Shown piece by piece: positions 1 to 9,092 of a stretch of DNA of 64,000 nucleotides. Under the pieces are notes generated by a model. It was not told the DNA's origin. It did no database searches and worked only from the letters and a program-made list of their open reading frames with translations. Each line of letters starts with the position of its first letter. The stretch's first letter is position 1. Origin of the DNA: an uncultured Gammaproteobacteria bacterium (GTDB taxonomy: Bacteria > Pseudomonadota > Gammaproteobacteria > QNFE01 > CAZPSE01); contig CAZPSE010000006.1 in the NCBI GenBank assembly GCA_964589575.1, forward strand, positions 81 to 64,080, given 5' to 3'. Made by a program: the position numbers and the translations under genes.

Positions 1-74
1 TAAGTCAAATTCACTGTGTTTGTATATCTATTTAGGTATGCAACATTTGTGAAATTAAACCGATAGGATTCAGA

Positions 75-1220
75 ATGAAATCAAAGTTAATTTTAGGAAA
101 TAGTTTATTAGTTATTGCTTCGGCACTTTATAGCTCAGCTACTTTTTCGTACAGTATAGAGATGACCAAAGTAGATGAAGTTGGCAAAACTGTCTCTATT
201 GGGGGAACGGTAGTACCTTATAAGGAAGTGACTTTGGCTGCACAAATGCCCGGTCGGGTACAATACATATTTGGTGAAGAAGGGGATAAAGCCAAAAAAG
301 GGAATGTCTTAATCGCTTTAGGCGATGACGCGTTACGCGCTAAACGTAGACAGGCTGTAGCTGGCTTAATACAAGCTGAAACAGCCCTTAAAAATGCACA
401 AGTGCAATACTCAAAAGAATTATGGTCACCCAAATCTGACGATATTAATGCCATGCCTGGTATGGGCATGCCGTCAATGTTTGATAAGTTTTTCACTAGA
501 AATGTAGGTAGCGCAATGGGTTATGGCGATAATGACTTAGATCGCCGTGCTGATTTATTTAATCAAAGCTCTAATGTTTCAAATGCGCGTTCTGTAGTTT
601 TGCAAGCTCAATCTAATATAGATCAATTGGATACAAAACTTCGTGATGCCAAATCTATTTCTGCATTTGATGGTGTTATTGTTAAAAAATTCGTAGAACT
701 GGGCGACACGGTACAACCTGGTACACCTTTAATTACAATTGCTCAAACAAAATTTTTAAGAATACGCGCAGAAATACCAGCACGCTTGGTTACAGGTTTA
801 GTACGTGGTGAATTTGTAAATGCACGCTTAGATGTTGGCAACACGCATGTTAAAGCTAGAATATCTCAAATTTATCCAGTTGCTGATGAACACAGGCATA
901 CCGTTACCGTTAAGTTTGACTTGCCAAAAGGCATACCTGGTGGGCCTGGCATGTATGCAGAAATTTCTATACCCGATATTAATGTAAAAGCTAAAGCGTT
1001 CCCAATTATTTCCAAAAAAGCGATTATTAATAAAGGTTCGTTGCCTTATGTTTATATCCTTAATGACAAAGAAGGAGCGGAACTGAGAATAGTTAGAACA
1101 GGATCAGATGCTGAAAAAGGTTATATTACCGTTTTATCAGGTATCAAAGAAGGAGAAAAAGTTATAGTGAATCCTCCCATAGATATTAAACCCGGTTGGA
1201 TGCCAAAAAAAGAAGGCTAA
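75..1220 (+). CDS. RND efflux periplasmic adaptor (membrane fusion protein, HlyD/AcrA-like)
   Basis: 381-aa ORF. It has an N-terminal signal/anchor followed by coiled-coil, lipoyl-like and beta-barrel segments typical of MFPs. It sits directly upstream of, and is co-oriented with, the RND pump gene. Confidence 0.8.
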   Translation: MKSKLILGNSLLVIASALYSSATFSYSIEMTKVDEVGKTVSIGGTVVPYKEVTLAAQMPGRVQYIFGEEGDKAKKGNVLIALGDDALRAKRRQAVAGLIQAETALKNAQVQYSKELWSPKSDDINAMPGMGMPSMFDKFFTRNVGSAMGYGDNDLDRRADLFNQSSNVSNARSVVLQAQSNIDQLDTKLRDAKSISAFDGVIVKKFVELGDTVQPGTPLITIAQTKFLRIRAEIPARLVTGLVRGEFVNARLDVGNTHVKARISQIYPVADEHRHTVTVKFDLPKGIPGGPGMYAEISIPDINVKAKAFPIISKKAIINKGSLPYVYILNDKEGAELRIVRTGSDAEKGYITVLSGIKEGEKVIVNPPIDIKPGWMPKKEG

Positions 1221-1263
1221 ATAAAACACACACACTATAAACCATTACTAAAGACAAGAGACT

Positions 1264-4200
1264 ATGTCAGATAAAAATCACGATACCGAAGAACTTGGTT
1301 TAGCTGGAAAACTTGCTAAAAACTTTATACATTCACCCTTATCACCGCTACTACTCATTGTTTCCTTAGCCGTTGGAATTATTGGTTTAATATTAACACC
1401 ACGTCAAGAAGACCCGCAAATTTCGGTACCTATGGTCGATATTTTTGTTGGTTATCCTGGTGCATCAGCTGATCAAGTTTCAACCTTAGTTGCCGTTCCA
1501 TTAGAACGAATGATGAGCGAAATAACAGGTGTTCGGCATGTTTATTCTGCCTCTCAAAGAGAAATGGGAATGGTGACCGTGCAATTTGAAGTAGGCCAAG
1601 AAATGGAAAAATCCATTTTTAAAGTTTATGACAAAATTCATTCTAATAAGGATGTTATGCCCGCAGGCGTACAAGGTGCTTTAATTAAACCAAAAGCCGT
1701 TGACGATGTACCAGCTGTTACTTTAACGTTGTGGTCAGAAGAGGTTGCTGATTTTGAATTGCGCTTGTTAGCATTGGATGTTTTACAAAAAATAAAAGAA
1801 ATACCAGACACAAGCGCAAGTTTTATAGTGGGTGGTCGTTCTAAACAGGTACGTATAGAACCCTTGCCAGAAAAACTAGCAGGTTACGGTGTAACTTTAG
1901 GTGCCCTAGCTAATACCATCAAAACAGCCAATTCAGAAATGGGAGTAGGCACGGTCGAAGCATGGGATTCATCATTTAGTATTTATACAGGGTCGTTTTT
2001 AACTAACGCAGCAGACATTGAAAAACTAGTCGTAGCCATTATTAATGGTGCGCCCGTATATATGAGTGATGTTGCCAATGTAATAGATGGCCCAGCTGAA
2101 ACCAAAAATTTAGTACATTACTATACAGGTAACGCCTATCAAGGTGATGCGAACCTCGATATGGGCGCGCCAGCGGTTACAATCGCCATAGCCAAGAAAA
2201 AAGGTAGTAATGGTGTCACCGTAGCACAAAACATTTTAGATAGAGTTGAGTCATTAAAAGGCACGCTAATACCCAATAACGTAATGGTAGAAATCACCCG
2301 TAATTACGGTGAAAGTGCAGACAAAAAAGTAAGTTCATTGCTTCAAAAATTATTTATTGCCACTGGCATCGTCGTATTGTTGGTTTGGGGGTTTTTAGGT
2401 ATTCAAGCTGCAACAGTTGTTTTAATTGTCATCCCCGTTGTAATATTAATAACTGTTTTTGCTGCGCTAGTACTGGGTTTGACTATTGATAGGGTTAGTT
2501 TATTCGCACTAATTTTCTCAATTGGAATACTAGTAGATGATGCTATTGTTGTGGTCGAAAATATCTATCGGCGATGGTTAATGCGAGGTGAAATTCATAC
2601 AGGAACATCTATAGATGCTGTTAGAGAAGTAGGAAACCCTACTATTTTAGCGACCTTTACAGTTATAGCAGCGTTAATGCCAATGGGTATGGTACGCGGA
2701 ATGATGGGTCCGTATATGAGCCCGATTCCTATATTGGGTTCAGTAGCCATGATATTTTCATTGTTTGCTGCATTTACTTTTACGCCTTGGTTGGTAATGC
2801 GTATAAAACCTTCTATGAAGCGTTTAAAACAAATGGAAGCAAAAGAGCATAAACAAGAAGTGTTTTATGAAAAATTGTATCGCTCAATTTTGATTCCATT
2901 AATTTCAAGCAAAGCAAAAGGGCGTCTATTTTTAACATTCTTGTTTGTCTTGTTTTTTGCAAGTTGTTCTTTGTTTTACTTTAATGTTGTAAAAGTAAAA
3001 ATGTTGCCATTAGACAATAAGCCAGAATTTAACGTGGTTATTAATTTCCCAGCGGGTACGGCACTACCTGTTACCGAAAATTTAATACGAAAGCTGTCTC
3101 ATAAAATAAAACAAATTGAAGAAGTAACCGCTTTGCAAACTTATGCAGGCACCGCATCGCCTTATAACTTTAATGGTTTGGTACGTCATACTTATTTACG
3201 AGAATCACCTTGGCAGGGCGATATACAAGTTCAGTTAACCGATAAAGAAACGAGAGAGCGCACAAGTCACGAAATAGCCGTAGCTGTACGCGCCATGGTT
3301 AGGCCTATTGTTAAAGCTTATGGTGCAAAAGTACAAGTAGTAGAAATGCCACCAGGTCCTCCAGTACTTCAATCTGTTGTTGCAGAAGTTTATGGACCCA
3401 CAGATGAAATTAGGCGACAAGTCGCGACAGATTTAACCGCTATGTTTGAAGAGGCTGAAAATTTAACAGATGTTGATAATTTAATGCAAAAAGAATATGA
3501 CGTTTGGCGTTTTGAAGTGAATACTGAAAAAGCAAACCGCCGTGGTGTTTCTGTTGAAGAAATTAATAAAAACTTGCTTATGGCAATGGGTGGTTTTGTT
3601 TTAGGCGACATTAAAGTAGGGCATGTATTAGAACCACGTGAAATTGTTTTACAAATACCCATGTCTGCAAGAGCAGAGTTTTCGAGAATAGGTACCTTGC
3701 CCATTATGAGTAGTCAAGGTTATACCATTCCACTTTCTGAACTGGGCGAATTTATAAAAGACAAACAAAATAAAATTATTTTCCATAAAGACTTAAGACC
3801 CGTAGAGTTTGTAACGGCAGAAGTTCAAGCACCATTACCTGCACCTGTATACGGCATGTTTGAGGTGGGCGATAAGTTGGACGATTATACCGCACCAGAT
3901 GGTGTTAAATTGTCGGGCGAATGGTTTGGCCCACCTGCAACATCGGATGTTTCAGGGTTTGAGTGGACAGGGGAGTGGACAGTAACCTTTGAAACATTTA
4001 GAGACATGGGTATAGCATTTGGAGGCGCAATTTTATTAATTTATATGTTGGTGGTTTGGGAGTTCGGTAACTTCACATTGCCAGCTATCATTATTTCTCC
4101 AATTCCTTTAACGTTAGTTGGTATCATTCCTGGTCACTGGATAATGGGGGCTGAGTTTACCGCAACATCAATGATTGGTTTCATTGCCTTGGCGGGGATA

Positions 4201-5031
4201 ATCGTCAGAAACTCGATATTAATTGTAGATTTTACCAATCAACGAGTTAGAGCTGGTGAAGAGTTAGTCGAGGCTGTGATTACATCTTGCAAAGTAAGAA
4301 CACGGCCAATTTTAATTACCGCTTTAGCTTTAATGGGCGGATCATTGGTTATTCTTGCTGATCCTATATTTCAAGGTATGGCAGTTTCATTGTTGTTTGG
4401 AATGTTTGTATCTACATTATTAACGCTTATTGTTATTCCATTAGGTTGTATTACTGCAAAGTCATCTTTTGTTTTTGATACTGACCCTGACAATGGAGGA
4501 TTTGGCGGAGGTGGACAAGTGTTGCCAAGCTCTACTCCTCCTAGTGATGCGCATGTATCTAAAGTAAAATCGTATGAACCCAGTATTATTGAAAAATTTA
4601 TTGGTTTGTTATCTATAATTGCTATATATATTGGGCTTTTATGGTCAATGTTAATGTCTATTATGCCCGCACCGATAAGAAACTTTTTTGAAAAAGTAAC
4701 AGGCTTTTTAGCCATTATTAAAATTTACTTAGGATTGTTGTTATCGCCTTTATTCGCCTTTTTTAAGTCTAAAGAGCCAGAGCCTACTGCTGTAAAAGCT
4801 CAAGTGCCTGTGCCTGCATCGACAAACACAGATACTAAGGCCAAAGAAGAAACTAAAGCCAAAGAAGACACTAAAGCCAAAGAAGACACTAAAGCCAAAG
4901 AAGACACTATTTCTAAAAAAAGCACATCGAAGAAAAAGGCTACTAGTAAAAAGAAAACAACATCAAGTAAAAAAACAACCAGCAAAAAAAATGTAAGAAG
5001 AGGGATTAAGCTTAAAAAAGATTTGGAGTAA
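1264..5031 (+). CDS. RND (AcrB/HAE-type) inner-membrane transporter with an atypical ~200-aa C-terminal extension and lysine-rich tail
   Basis: 1255 aa. The N-terminal TM1 plus large periplasmic loops and 12-TM architecture are recognisable as AcrB/CzcA family. After TM12 there are two extra hydrophobic segments and a TKAKED x4 repeat followed by an SKKK-rich tail. Confidence 0.85.
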   Translation: MSDKNHDTEELGLAGKLAKNFIHSPLSPLLLIVSLAVGIIGLILTPRQEDPQISVPMVDIFVGYPGASADQVSTLVAVPLERMMSEITGVRHVYSASQREMGMVTVQFEVGQEMEKSIFKVYDKIHSNKDVMPAGVQGALIKPKAVDDVPAVTLTLWSEEVADFELRLLALDVLQKIKEIPDTSASFIVGGRSKQVRIEPLPEKLAGYGVTLGALANTIKTANSEMGVGTVEAWDSSFSIYTGSFLTNAADIEKLVVAIINGAPVYMSDVANVIDGPAETKNLVHYYTGNAYQGDANLDMGAPAVTIAIAKKKGSNGVTVAQNILDRVESLKGTLIPNNVMVEITRNYGESADKKVSSLLQKLFIATGIVVLLVWGFLGIQAATVVLIVIPVVILITVFAALVLGLTIDRVSLFALIFSIGILVDDAIVVVENIYRRWLMRGEIHTGTSIDAVREVGNPTILATFTVIAALMPMGMVRGMMGPYMSPIPILGSVAMIFSLFAAFTFTPWLVMRIKPSMKRLKQMEAKEHKQEVFYEKLYRSILIPLISSKAKGRLFLTFLFVLFFASCSLFYFNVVKVKMLPLDNKPEFNVVINFPAGTALPVTENLIRKLSHKIKQIEEVTALQTYAGTASPYNFNGLVRHTYLRESPWQGDIQVQLTDKETRERTSHEIAVAVRAMVRPIVKAYGAKVQVVEMPPGPPVLQSVVAEVYGPTDEIRRQVATDLTAMFEEAENLTDVDNLMQKEYDVWRFEVNTEKANRRGVSVEEINKNLLMAMGGFVLGDIKVGHVLEPREIVLQIPMSARAEFSRIGTLPIMSSQGYTIPLSELGEFIKDKQNKIIFHKDLRPVEFVTAEVQAPLPAPVYGMFEVGDKLDDYTAPDGVKLSGEWFGPPATSDVSGFEWTGEWTVTFETFRDMGIAFGGAILLIYMLVVWEFGNFTLPAIIISPIPLTLVGIIPGHWIMGAEFTATSMIGFIALAGIIVRNSILIVDFTNQRVRAGEELVEAVITSCKVRTRPILITALALMGGSLVILADPIFQGMAVSLLFGMFVSTLLTLIVIPLGCITAKSSFVFDTDPDNGGFGGGGQVLPSSTPPSDAHVSKVKSYEPSIIEKFIGLLSIIAIYIGLLWSMLMSIMPAPIRNFFEKVTGFLAIIKIYLGLLLSPLFAFFKSKEPEPTAVKAQVPVPASTNTDTKAKEETKAKEDTKAKEDTKAKEDTISKKSTSKKKATSKKKTTSSKKTTSKKNVRRGIKLKKDLE
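4834..4905 (+). repeat. 4 x 18-bp perfect/near-perfect in-frame tandem repeat (actaaRgccaaagaagaM) encoding TKAKEE/TKAKED
   Basis: Read directly in the sequence. Units start at 4834, 4852, 4870 and 4888. Confidence 0.95.
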
Positions 5032-5044
5032 AAAGTGAATTATT

Positions 5045-5503
5045 ATGAAGACTAATTTATTCTTATTAAGCTTTAGTTTAATAAGTTTTATAGCAACTGC
5101 AGATACTAATATAAAGCCGCCTCCAGGGCCTTATATTAGTAAGTCTATGGCGATGAAGTTACAACAGGTATTAGAAACAACTGTAGATGCGCCACATTTT
5201 AATTCGTACCCAGAGTTTGAAAATTCAAATTCAAACAAGCTAATAATCATTCCTCAAGCAAAACTTCAAAAACCGGTTATAAGCAAAAATATACAAAAAG
5301 AGGATGCTTTTCAAAAGTATCCCCGTATTAATCAACAAAATTTAACCGAACCATTAGTGATTAAAAATAAAAACATAATGTATGATCAAAAGACGAATGA
5401 TAATACAAAAAATTTTTGGGATGTTGATCCTAAATTTTTACACGATGAAAATAAAGAATCACATTTACCCAAAAATAAGTTTTTAGAATATCCACCTCTA
5501 TAA
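5045..5503 (+). CDS. Secreted protein of unknown function (signal peptide)
   Basis: 152 aa with a hydrophobic N-terminal signal. It starts 14 bp after the RND stop, and its stop overlaps the next start (taATG). I recognise no conserved motifs. Confidence 0.5.
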   Translation: MKTNLFLLSFSLISFIATADTNIKPPPGPYISKSMAMKLQQVLETTVDAPHFNSYPEFENSNSNKLIIIPQAKLQKPVISKNIQKEDAFQKYPRINQQNLTEPLVIKNKNIMYDQKTNDNTKNFWDVDPKFLHDENKESHLPKNKFLEYPPL

Positions 5504-6234
5504 TGAAAAAAAACGTATTAAACTTATTATTTTTAACGTTACTTTTTAGTGATAACGCATTTTCTATAAGCTATGAAGCAACAGCGATGTCAAAAACCAA
5601 TAACCTTACGTCAAGCAGTAAAGTTTTTGTAAAAGATAATAAAGTTAGAATTGAGTATGCAGCCAATGATGAAAAGTTTATTCAAATTAGTAATCCTTCA
5701 AAAAAACGCAGTTGGGTTTTATTAGAAAAAGATAAAACTTACATTGAGTCTAAAACTTCGATGGATCTTTTGCCTAAATCGTTAAAAATAAACTTAAAAA
5801 AACTGTGTAAGCCTAAAAATATAAAATGTTTTAAAGGCAAAGAAAAGTGGATAAATGGAAAAAAAACCCGAGAATGGAAAATTGAACTGTATAAAAACAA
5901 ATCAAAGACGGTTTCTTATCTTTGGGTCGATAGTGTATCTGGCATACCTATCAAACAAAAATATGCTGATGGCAGTTATACAGAGTTAAAGTTTATTAAA
6001 AATGAATTGGTAAATAATCGAAAAACACAAAAGTGGCAATTAACTTTGGTAAATAGGCTAAAACAAAAAATACATGTTTATCAGTGGTTTGATCCTAAAC
6101 TTAATTTAACAATAAAAGAACTTTATCCTGATAATTCTGTTAAAGAACTAAAAAATATTAAAATAAAAAAACTTAAAGATAGTCTGTTTACGCTACCTAA
6201 AGGTTATGTAAAAAATACTCAGTTAAATAATTAA
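5503..6234 (+). CDS. Secreted/periplasmic protein, possibly LolA-like fold, unknown function
   Basis: 243 aa with a signal peptide. It is a lysine-rich beta-type sequence and is translationally coupled to the upstream ORF. Confidence 0.45.
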   Translation: MKKNVLNLLFLTLLFSDNAFSISYEATAMSKTNNLTSSSKVFVKDNKVRIEYAANDEKFIQISNPSKKRSWVLLEKDKTYIESKTSMDLLPKSLKINLKKLCKPKNIKCFKGKEKWINGKKTREWKIELYKNKSKTVSYLWVDSVSGIPIKQKYADGSYTELKFIKNELVNNRKTQKWQLTLVNRLKQKIHVYQWFDPKLNLTIKELYPDNSVKELKNIKIKKLKDSLFTLPKGYVKNTQLNN

Positions 6235-6255
6235 AATAATAGGAATAGGTAATAT

Positions 6256-6885
6256 ATGGTTACTGTAATAGGAAACTTAAAAGGCGGAACAGGTAAAAGT
6301 ACAGTTACCTTTAACCTTGCAATTTGGTTATTAGCATCCGATAAAGATGCGGTTATTTATGATTTGGACCCACAACAAACACTGAGTGATGTAGCAGAAG
6401 TTCGCAAAGATGAAAATATACAACCCGCTATTAAAGTAAAAAAGACCTTATCTACTATAAAAAAAGATATTGAAGATGGTAAAGAAATTTTAATAGACAT
6501 AGGCGTGTCTAACATGACCGCTGTGAAAAAAGCGATTGCTTTAGCTGACAGAGTGGTTGTGCCTATTCAACCTAGTCAGGCGGATATTTGGGCGACTCAA
6601 CGGTTTTTAAAAGTGATTAAAGAGGCTGCTGGAAATAGAAAAATTGAAGTATTGGGTTTTGTTAATAGAGCCGATACGCATCACGCTGTGCGAGAAACAG
6701 CAGAAACCGAAGAAGCCATTCAGTACTTACCAGGCATTAAACATTTGGACGTACGTTTGTATCAAAGAACGGCTTATAGACGTTCTTTTAGTGAAGGCTT
6801 GGCAGTTTTTGAGATGGGTTTATCATCTAAAGCGGCTAAAGAAGTCATGAAATTTTCTCACTTACTTTATAAAGACGTCAAGTAA
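6256..6885 (+). CDS. ParA/MinD-family P-loop ATPase (orphan, no ParB)
   Basis: Has the deviant Walker A GNLKGGTGKST at the N-terminus. At 209 aa it is small, like ParF/Soj-type ATPases. Confidence 0.75.
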   Translation: MVTVIGNLKGGTGKSTVTFNLAIWLLASDKDAVIYDLDPQQTLSDVAEVRKDENIQPAIKVKKTLSTIKKDIEDGKEILIDIGVSNMTAVKKAIALADRVVVPIQPSQADIWATQRFLKVIKEAAGNRKIEVLGFVNRADTHHAVRETAETEEAIQYLPGIKHLDVRLYQRTAYRRSFSEGLAVFEMGLSSKAAKEVMKFSHLLYKDVK

Positions 6886-6886
6886 A

Positions 6887-7414
6887 ATGGAAAGTATTTT
6901 TAAGTTTTTTTTGGGTAAATTAATCTTTTTAGTTTTTTTAGGGCTAATTGCTTACATCGTTGTGTTTAAAGAGAATATAGTTTCTGAATTTACAAAATAT
7001 CAACAATCTAGCAAAGAGCTTGTTATAACCAAAGCTGAAGTAAAAACGCCTAATAAATTAGTTTTTGTCAATAAAGTTGATATTGAACCTTCACCCAAAG
7101 CGACTTTAAATACAGCTAGATTACTTTTTCTGGATAAAAACTATTCAGCATCAATTAATGAATATAAACGGTTGATTAAAACCAATAAGTCTAATGTTGA
7201 CTATCACGGAGAATTAGCCAATGTGCTTTATGGCACCGGTTTAATAGATGAAGCTGTAAAAGAATTTTATTTGACAGCCGAGCTTTTAATAGAACAAAAT
7301 GACTTATTTAGAGTCCAACGAATTCAAAATGTCTTGTCTACTTTAGATGAAGAAAAATCCAAAAAAATATTAAAAGACATTACTAATGCACGAGGCATTA
7401 ATAAAGAACTTTAA
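6887..7414 (+). CDS. Membrane-anchored protein with TPR-like helical repeats
   Basis: 175 aa. One N-terminal TM helix (LIFLVFLGLIAYIVVF) is followed by helical repeat-like sequence. It starts 2 bp after the ParA-like gene. Confidence 0.45.
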   Translation: MESIFKFFLGKLIFLVFLGLIAYIVVFKENIVSEFTKYQQSSKELVITKAEVKTPNKLVFVNKVDIEPSPKATLNTARLLFLDKNYSASINEYKRLIKTNKSNVDYHGELANVLYGTGLIDEAVKEFYLTAELLIEQNDLFRVQRIQNVLSTLDEEKSKKILKDITNARGINKEL

Positions 7415-7431
7415 ACTTAATAGAGAAAATA

Positions 7432-8928
7432 ATGTTTAATAAACCCAGCCAAGAAATAGAAGAAAAACTAAATAATTTAGTTACTCATCTAAAAGAAGAA
7501 AACCCAATATTAATTGAAGTAGTTGATGATTTTAGATCAATAGACTTAGTAGGCCGAAGATTAGGGCTAATAACTGCGGATGAATCGTATACTGCTAAAA
7601 TTCCTTGGTGGCCATTGATTTCGATTTTAGGCACATTTTCTTCTGGTAAATCTACGTTTATTAATGATTTTATGGGTAGGACACTACAGCGATCGGGTAA
7701 TCAAGCTGTAGATGATAAATTTACTGTGGTGTGTTACAGCGACAAAGAAGATGGGCGAGTATTACCTGGAATCGCTTTAGATGCTGATTTACGTTTTCCA
7801 TTTTTTAAAATGAGTGACGAAATTGACAAGGTAAGTGAAGGAGAAGGACGACGTATTGATTCTTATTTACAATTAAAAACGACCACCTCAGAAATTATGA
7901 AAGGCAAAATTTTAATTGATTCGCCTGGCTTTGATGCAGATGCTCAGCGAACATCTACATTAAAAATTACCGATCATATTATAGATTTGTCTGACTTAGT
8001 TTTAGTGTTTTTTGATGCACGCCACCCAGAACCGGGTGCAATGCAAGATACATTAGAACATTTGGTTGGTAATACCATTCATCGTCCAGATTCAAACAAG
8101 TTTTTATTTATCTTAAACCAAATTGATACAACAGCGAGAGAGAATAACCCCGAAGATGTTGTAGGTGCATGGCAGCGCGCGTTATCTCAAAAAGGTTTAA
8201 CAGCTGGAAGGTTTTATTGTATTTACAATGAAAAAGCCTCTGTGCCGATAGAGGACGATACATTAAGAGCGCGTTTTAAACAGAAAAAAGATGAAGACTT
8301 AGGCGACATTATGGACCGAATTCATCAAGTAGAAGTAGAACGTTCTTATAGAATTGTCGGTTCATTAGAACAAATAGCGCAAGATATAAAAGAAGTGCAT
8401 GTTCCTAATATAAAAGGCTACCTTAATAGTTGGTCTAAAAAAGTAATAACCTCAGATTTTATTTTGTATGCTCTTATTATTATTGCTTGTTTATACCTTT
8501 CTATAAGTAATGGTTACTGGAATGGGTTGAGTTTAAGTGTTCCATTTTTTAATGAACTGGGCATGGCATTAAAAGGCTTAGTTGTTTTTATGGTCTTTTT
8601 TGTTTTAGCGGGTATTCACTTTATGAATCGCTCGATAATGGTTCGGTGGGTCAATAAAACGATTGTAAAAAATGGTGATGAGCAGTATCAGCGAGCGTTT
8701 AAGAAGAACACGGTTTTTTGGCGAAGTATATTTAGAGATAACCCAGTAGGCTGGAGAAGGAACAGTAAAAAACGTTTAAAAACAATTATTTCTAATACGT
8801 CTAAGTTTGTACAAAATTTAAATAATGAATTTACTAATCCATCTGGCAAAGTTGCAGAAGCTACTGCGCAAGTGGTTGAAAAAACTACTGCGGTTGAAAA
8901 TACAGAAGTAAAAGAAGCAACTAAATAA
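7432..8928 (+). CDS. Dynamin-family/large P-loop GTPase with C-terminal double-TM anchor
   Basis: G1 GTFSSGKSTFIN, G3 DSPG and an NQID G4-like motif. Two hydrophobic helices lie at about aa 340-400, followed by a basic C-terminal tail. This is the last gene before a strong terminator. Confidence 0.6.
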   Translation: MFNKPSQEIEEKLNNLVTHLKEENPILIEVVDDFRSIDLVGRRLGLITADESYTAKIPWWPLISILGTFSSGKSTFINDFMGRTLQRSGNQAVDDKFTVVCYSDKEDGRVLPGIALDADLRFPFFKMSDEIDKVSEGEGRRIDSYLQLKTTTSEIMKGKILIDSPGFDADAQRTSTLKITDHIIDLSDLVLVFFDARHPEPGAMQDTLEHLVGNTIHRPDSNKFLFILNQIDTTARENNPEDVVGAWQRALSQKGLTAGRFYCIYNEKASVPIEDDTLRARFKQKKDEDLGDIMDRIHQVEVERSYRIVGSLEQIAQDIKEVHVPNIKGYLNSWSKKVITSDFILYALIIIACLYLSISNGYWNGLSLSVPFFNELGMALKGLVVFMVFFVLAGIHFMNRSIMVRWVNKTIVKNGDEQYQRAFKKNTVFWRSIFRDNPVGWRRNSKKRLKTIISNTSKFVQNLNNEFTNPSGKVAEATAQVVEKTTAVENTEVKEATK

Positions 8929-8933
8929 AGCCT

Positions 8934-9021
8934 AAAAGCCCCTAAATCGTCGACCCCTTGCTTATTAGAAGTTGAAAAACCCCTAATAAATAAGCAAGGG
9001 GTCGACGATTTAGGGGCTTTT
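8934..9021. terminator. Perfect 33-bp-arm palindrome forming a long hairpin followed by a T-run; it embeds two inverted copies of the GTCGACCCCTTGC repeat
   Basis: aaaagcccctaaatcgtcgaccccttgcttatt ...loop... aataagcaaggggtcgacgatttaggggctttttt. Confidence 0.85.
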
Positions 9022-9092
9022 TTATGACGACAATATTTTATTAATATAAAATACCATGCTTAAAAATTAAAGCACAACACAAAGGTAATGTA

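Noticed and set aside
218-4985. Antisense/shadow ORFs inside the MFP and RND genes (218-496, 3235-3420, 3390-3704, 4371-4715, 4800-4985)
   Set aside because: They lie entirely within strongly supported CDSs on the opposite strand. Their sequences are low-complexity (for example the LALVSS repeats mirror the KAKED repeat). No start or RBS context supports them.
6644-6850. 68-aa ORF nested in an alternative frame of the ParA-like gene
   Set aside because: It is an out-of-frame overlap with a well-supported Walker-A ATPase gene and has no independent signal.
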